Shown one piece after another: positions 55,490 to 64,000 of a DNA stretch of 64,000 nucleotides. Positions within the stretch are counted from its first letter, which is position 1. Each line of letters opens with the position of its first letter. The stretch is from Chrysomallon squamiferum (taxonomy: Eukaryota; Animalia; Mollusca). A model generated the notes under the pieces. It did not search any database and was not told the DNA's origin. It saw only the letters and a list, made by a program, of their open reading frames with translations. The stretch lies in NCBI GenBank assembly GCA_012295275.1, contig CM022676.1, positions 310,001 to 374,000 on the forward strand, written 5' to 3'. The translations under genes and the position numbers were made by a program.

Positions 55490-56585
55490 CTGTAATCACT
55501 GAGATAATCTGTTGCTAATGGAGTCAACTGAAGGTTGCTTTTAAACTTTAAGCTCGTGTTATATTTCTAGAATATTTCATGGGTTATAATAAGTAAATCG
55601 TATAAACTGCCTCCAGCAGAAATCAACTAATCTCCACAAGGGTTGTGTGTAACGACAATGGTAATTACTGTTAGCTGCTCTGAACCACATCACAAACCAC
55701 AGCTATATGCATCAATCATTATCACTGTCAGCGAACATAAAACTGCGTGGATCTAGACTAGTCATGGGCAAACTGCGGCCAGCCTAATTTCAAAGGAAAA
55801 TAAGTTAATTCAAATTTTATAAAGTGAATCTATTTTGTATCTACATACTAAAACACATGTAATTTTTTTTTTATTATAACAGTTCTAGAATGAAAAATTT
55901 ATAACAACAAAATTAAAATGTACATGCATGCAGTTTAGCGCGGAGGTAACACTGACTCACATATACTTATTAAAATATATAGATTTTTTAATATAAACAT
56001 ATTTTTGCTATTAAATTATTTTATGATATCTCGTAAATTTATCTGATATATCTTTTTTCTCATTTAATGATAGAGAATGATTACATACAGATATATAATG
56101 ACATTCATTAGTATTCTTTCTGTAAGAAAAGTTTCTAATTTCAATTCATTTTTACAAAATTCTATGATTAATACCTTTGAACACATTTCAGTTTCATCTT
56201 TCCATATATATTACTTAGCTTTATCATACACTTGCTTTTGTCTGTAATTGTATAAACTGTTTCTTGTAAATTGTATGTATGAGCTATATCAGTAATCTGT
56301 CCAACGATTTAAATATATAATCATGGAGTTCTCTCCCTTCATCGAAAATGATTGTTATAGTTTTATTTTTATTGACATTAAGCTTCATTACTCGATAATA
56401 ATCAGCAATAAATGTTACATTATGTTATAAAGCATACGGTGATTTTGCTAACAGTATAAAGTCGTGAGGATGTGGTTGAAAAAAGAAGTTTTAAATAATT
56501 ATTAAATTCTTTAGTAAACATTGTTGTAACTAATTCTTGTCCATTTGTCTTTTTATCTATAATAAAAGATCCCCTTCATAATGGA

Positions 56586-56705
56586 TTCCTTGTCGGGGTG
56601 AAGGTCTTGTCTGCATAGCCCAAAGAGCTGTGCCTTCAGGAGTGGTTAGAGACATCCATGCTGGTTTGGTCAGTGGGTGGAGGGTGATGTTGAAGTCAGA
56701 AGTAT
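56586..56705 (+). mobile_element. Possible 5' end fragment of an RTE-clade non-LTR retrotransposon
   Basis: GC-rich island CCTTGTCGGGGTGAAGGTCTTG...AGAGCTGTGCC...CCATGCTGG...GGTC resembles, from memory, the conserved 5' UTR of RTE elements; no ORF follows. Confidence 0.35.
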
Positions 56706-59147
56706 CGGGCCGCACGGCGCACACTAAAAGACCACAATAGCACGCATCAGCAGCTGCTATAACTACGTTTAGAAAAACAGAAAATAAAACTAGTGCGAGA
56801 TTTTCAACCCGTTTACTGTAATTCTTGTTTTATTTGTTTATAAATACATATTTACGAAAATATTAAATTTGTTTCCATTTATAGCAAAACTAATTAACTT
56901 ATACCATAATCCTGTTGTTCAGTCTCTATCAAATACTTTCTCAAAATCAAAATCTACATTTGCTCATTAAAATAATTATATGATTCTGATTGGCTAACCA
57001 CTCTGATTGGTCTGTAGTGGAGTAATTTTATGAAATAGCTAGACTCTAAAAACAGGTTTGTTTCACCTGCACTTATTTAATCACGAATTAACAGATGAAA
57101 ATGATCTACCTAAACAGCTTAATAATATAAAAAGTGTATACTTTTCAGGGTCAATTCGACAGCCTTTATTTTTATATATTGCTTGATGAATCCTGTTAAC
57201 CAGCTAAATACTTGTAGGATCAAGAATAGTACATACTATAAAGGTAACAGTATACTTAATATATTCTTTAATAATAAGGTTTTCCCCATATGATCGATCA
57301 CAATGGAATATGTTCCCTGCTCGAGTTGAGTCCTCGACTGAAAAAGTGTCATTCAAAATATCGTTAGTGGATTCTTGTGTGTGTGTGTTTTAAATAAAGA
57401 ATCAGCTGGAACATATACTTTTTTTATATTCCTGATTACTAGTGTTCAGAAACGATAAGTACTCTTTTAGATTCAAAGATTAGCATTTTCAAAGTTTTTA
57501 TTTTTTCTCCGTAGCTACTAAACGTTCTGATATATTTAGCTACATTCAAATACATCATCAGTATTATTTTTCTACTGTAATAATACAATCATTATCATCA
57601 GCTGTTCTACTGTTGAATTCACCAATAAGACAGATTTCTTTTACACATTTTTAAGCTGAGTTTTCTAGTATGATGTATACAATGATAAGCTGAGGAAAGA
57701 TAGTCACAGATTCCAATATTTATATATATATATATATATAATTTTTATTTTTTTAGCGAATAAAAAGTCATAACTCAAAATCAGTATAAATAATTATTTA
57801 CTCTAAGAAATATTTCAACACAGTTTATTTTCACAACAAATTTACTGTCACAAAAGAGTTAATTTGAATTTTATAAAAAATTTATAAAATTTCACAGGTT
57901 TGCTGATAGTATAACAGTTTTTAAAAAGAATTTTAAAATATAAGCACTGCAGACACCCACATAGGACACACACACACACACATACATATACACATACATA
58001 CACACATATACACACACATACATACATGAAATTCCATACTCCAGCCTATCAGAACACTAGTATATCACTGTACATTAAAATATATGTTAAACACACGCCT
58101 GTTATCATTTTACAGTGGTAAAGAGTGGTTGGCGTAAAAAATAATGAAATAATAATTTGGGATTTAAAGACATCATAGCACAAATAAAGCAATATCTGGA
58201 AGATAATATAAAATATGACTATTTAACCAATTCAGTTTTGTTTACAAGAAAAACAAATCATTCTATAACTTCAAGCATGCTAATTGTAGTACATTTGTTA
58301 ATCCCTTTATAGGCGTTTATTAACAAGAACAAAACAACAAGAAAAACAACAATAACAACAAAAACATTAGCTTGAAGCATATAAAATGTAAACTTTTTAA
58401 CGTATCGCTTTATATTTAGAAGATAAAAATAATATTTAAAAAGCTCGGATATATATAAAATAAAATCTACATACAGAAAAATCGTTTGTAAATGTACAAA
58501 ATTTAAATTTGATATCATCTCCATAGATAACTAATCAATATTAAATGTGACTTTTTCTCTGTTTCTCAGTTTTAACTCCCCAACATACTCATACTTGTAC
58601 ATCTGAAACTGGCCTGTGAGAATTGTTAACTTTAATATTTTTGTTATTATTTGTGTTCACTAAAGTCATATTTTTTTGTGTGAACTGTCCCAGCTTGCAA
58701 TGCATCACGGCCATTTTGTTTTCTTGTTAACTTCCTTCTTAAAGACATAAATTATAGTAAAACTTAGCCAGTTAAAAAAGACTACTGATATAATAAAGTC
58801 AGTTCAGTGCTTTTCAAAACCAAGAAGAAATTTTGTCGAAATGGAATACATTTACATTTACATAGAAATACAATAAAAATAATAAAACAAATTATATTTC
58901 AGCCTTAGGATAACTTGAGAATGGAATTACAAGAACAAAATATCTATAAACAGGTCGAAGAATTTCACATAGTATTATTTTCATATACATATATAGATAT
59001 ATATATATATACACATACACACATTATTTTCCTAAAATCTCTTATCAAACTGTAAATATCTTCTTTACAGTCGGTAAGATAATCTGAATTTAATTACAAT
59101 TTCAGTCTACTTTCAAGCTCAGTAACTCTGAATGAAAACAATTTTCG

Positions 59148-62473
<3,326 letters not shown>

Positions 62474-62844
62474 CTGATAAAATAAATACAAATATAATGT
62501 TTGTGTGCGTCTGTGTGTGTTGTGTGTATATGCGTACGTGTGTGTGTTGTGTGTGTATGTTTAAACCGTAAGTCTTTGCCCTTAAGGTCATCGGGGCATT
62601 AAGCTGAGGTCGTTTTTTTAGGCCTAAAACATCACGATTTACGATAGGTCCATTAAGATGACCTAAAAATCTTAAGTTTTCCATGCAGTATATACAGTTA
62701 CATCAAACATTCTGAACACAGGACAATGCAAAGACTGCCTGACACTGAAACAGCATCAGCCATTAACGCGACCTCAGAATAAAAGAATATAAATAGTATC
62801 AGCTTAATGGACGGGTCCTACGGTATCAATGTATGCATGCATAC

Positions 62845-63118
62845 ATCTATCTATCTATCTATCTTCCTAATCTATCTATCTATCTATCTATCTATCTATA
62901 TATCTATCTATCTATCTATCTATCTACCTACCTAAATAATCTATCTATCTTCCTAATCTGTCTATCTATCTTCCTAATCTGTCTATCTATCTATCTACCT
63001 ACCTACCTACCTACGTATCTACCTAATCTATCTATCTATCAATCTATCTACCTACCTACCTAATCTATCTATCTATCTATCTATCTACCTAATCTATCTA
63101 TCTACCTGTCTATCTATA
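62845..63118. repeat. (TATC)n/(TACC)n microsatellite
   Basis: Direct inspection; (GA)n tracts also at 5300-5390, 28403-28480, 38323-38399, 59216-59307 and 60909-61002. Confidence 0.9.
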
Positions 63119-64000
63119 CACACACATGTAGGCCCTATACGTCATTAACACACACTCACATTCACGCACACATATGTCTCATTTATATATTTAAATATAA
63201 TTTCTGTTTATATTCTGAAGAAAAATACTGCACAACAAATCGATTTCTTTCAAATCAAATATAAAGGTTACAAGTGACTAAAATTTTAAACAAATGAATA
63301 AGATGTAATGTATTTTCTGACTGATGAATGGTAGGACTAAACCAGATCAAATCTGAGTTTAAGTAAGAGGTCCTGCAAAATGTCCAAAACTGGAATGCCA
63401 AAATATCACTGTTCAGATATCTACAGTGGATAAAAAAAACACCAGGGGACATCTGATGAATAAAGATTAGAACTGAATGTTGGGAGGAGAACAGAATGAC
63501 AATTTGTTGATAATCGAAATGATAACAGCAATGAACTTTGCCTTGCACAGCGTAATCAGTTCCATGGGGTGGAGAATAATTCACAGTTGTATGAATAAAT
63601 ATCAGTAAGCTGCTTTAGTCACTGTCCGTGGACACATCGCAGCTTACAGAAGTGAAATACTGAAACAGCCGAGGTAGCGTAACAACGCCCAGCCTCTTAC
63701 TGTAAGATGTAACTGAAGACACTAACATCAGTACTCTTCCTTCTGGAACAGTAGTTTCAACAATGATTCAAGTGATACAGGATCTACTTGGATCTGGAAT
63801 TACAATTATCGGCATGTTCACACAGAACTCAGTTAAGAGACTGTATTAAATTGCTTGTATTAAATCGTATTATCAGATGCCCAGTTTCGAAATTTCATTT
63901 TATAATGCAAATCATTTTATAATGAAAATAATTTCTTGAGCATAGAAATTCAAGGATGTGTTTTGGTGTTCTGAGGATTTTATTTCTAACTATAACACCA

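Noticed and set aside
63255-63900. 109-aa ORF and higher-complexity sequence near the right edge
   Set aside because: No Ig or other recognisable motif and no consistent splice phase; possibly a decayed repeat but unsupported.

Overview
AT-rich, intron-containing animal (probably invertebrate) genomic DNA, dense with micro- and minisatellites. The species cannot be named from the sequence alone. The window is a cluster of five immunoglobulin-superfamily (IgSF) cell-surface receptor genes built almost entirely of one-exon-per-Ig-domain, phase-1 exons. Gene A (minus, ~13106->358, runs off the left edge) has 14 Ig domains arranged as 2 + 4x3, plus a TM. Gene E (plus, 15401-20009, head-to-head with A) has 4 Ig domains and a membrane anchor apparently gained by reading through a dead splice donor. 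Gene B (minus, 38540->26438) has 5 Ig domains, a TM and a ~300-aa tail with three ITIM-consensus motifs and a four-fold tandem-duplicated tyrosine cassette exon. Gene C (minus, 51393->42963) has 4 Ig domains, the N-terminal ones paralogous to B, and a ~13-aa tail. Gene D (minus, 5' end beyond the right edge) has a 3' end paralogous to C. Together they look like a diversifying paired-receptor (signalling versus tailless) recognition locus, either immune/allorecognition or KIRREL/nephrin-like adhesion. Also present: a decayed hAT (Buster/Charlie-like) transposon with an 8-bp TSD, a pogo/Tigger element, a long-TIR MITE and many tandem repeats. All gene models were hand-spliced from GT-AG signals and phase continuity; no database search was run.
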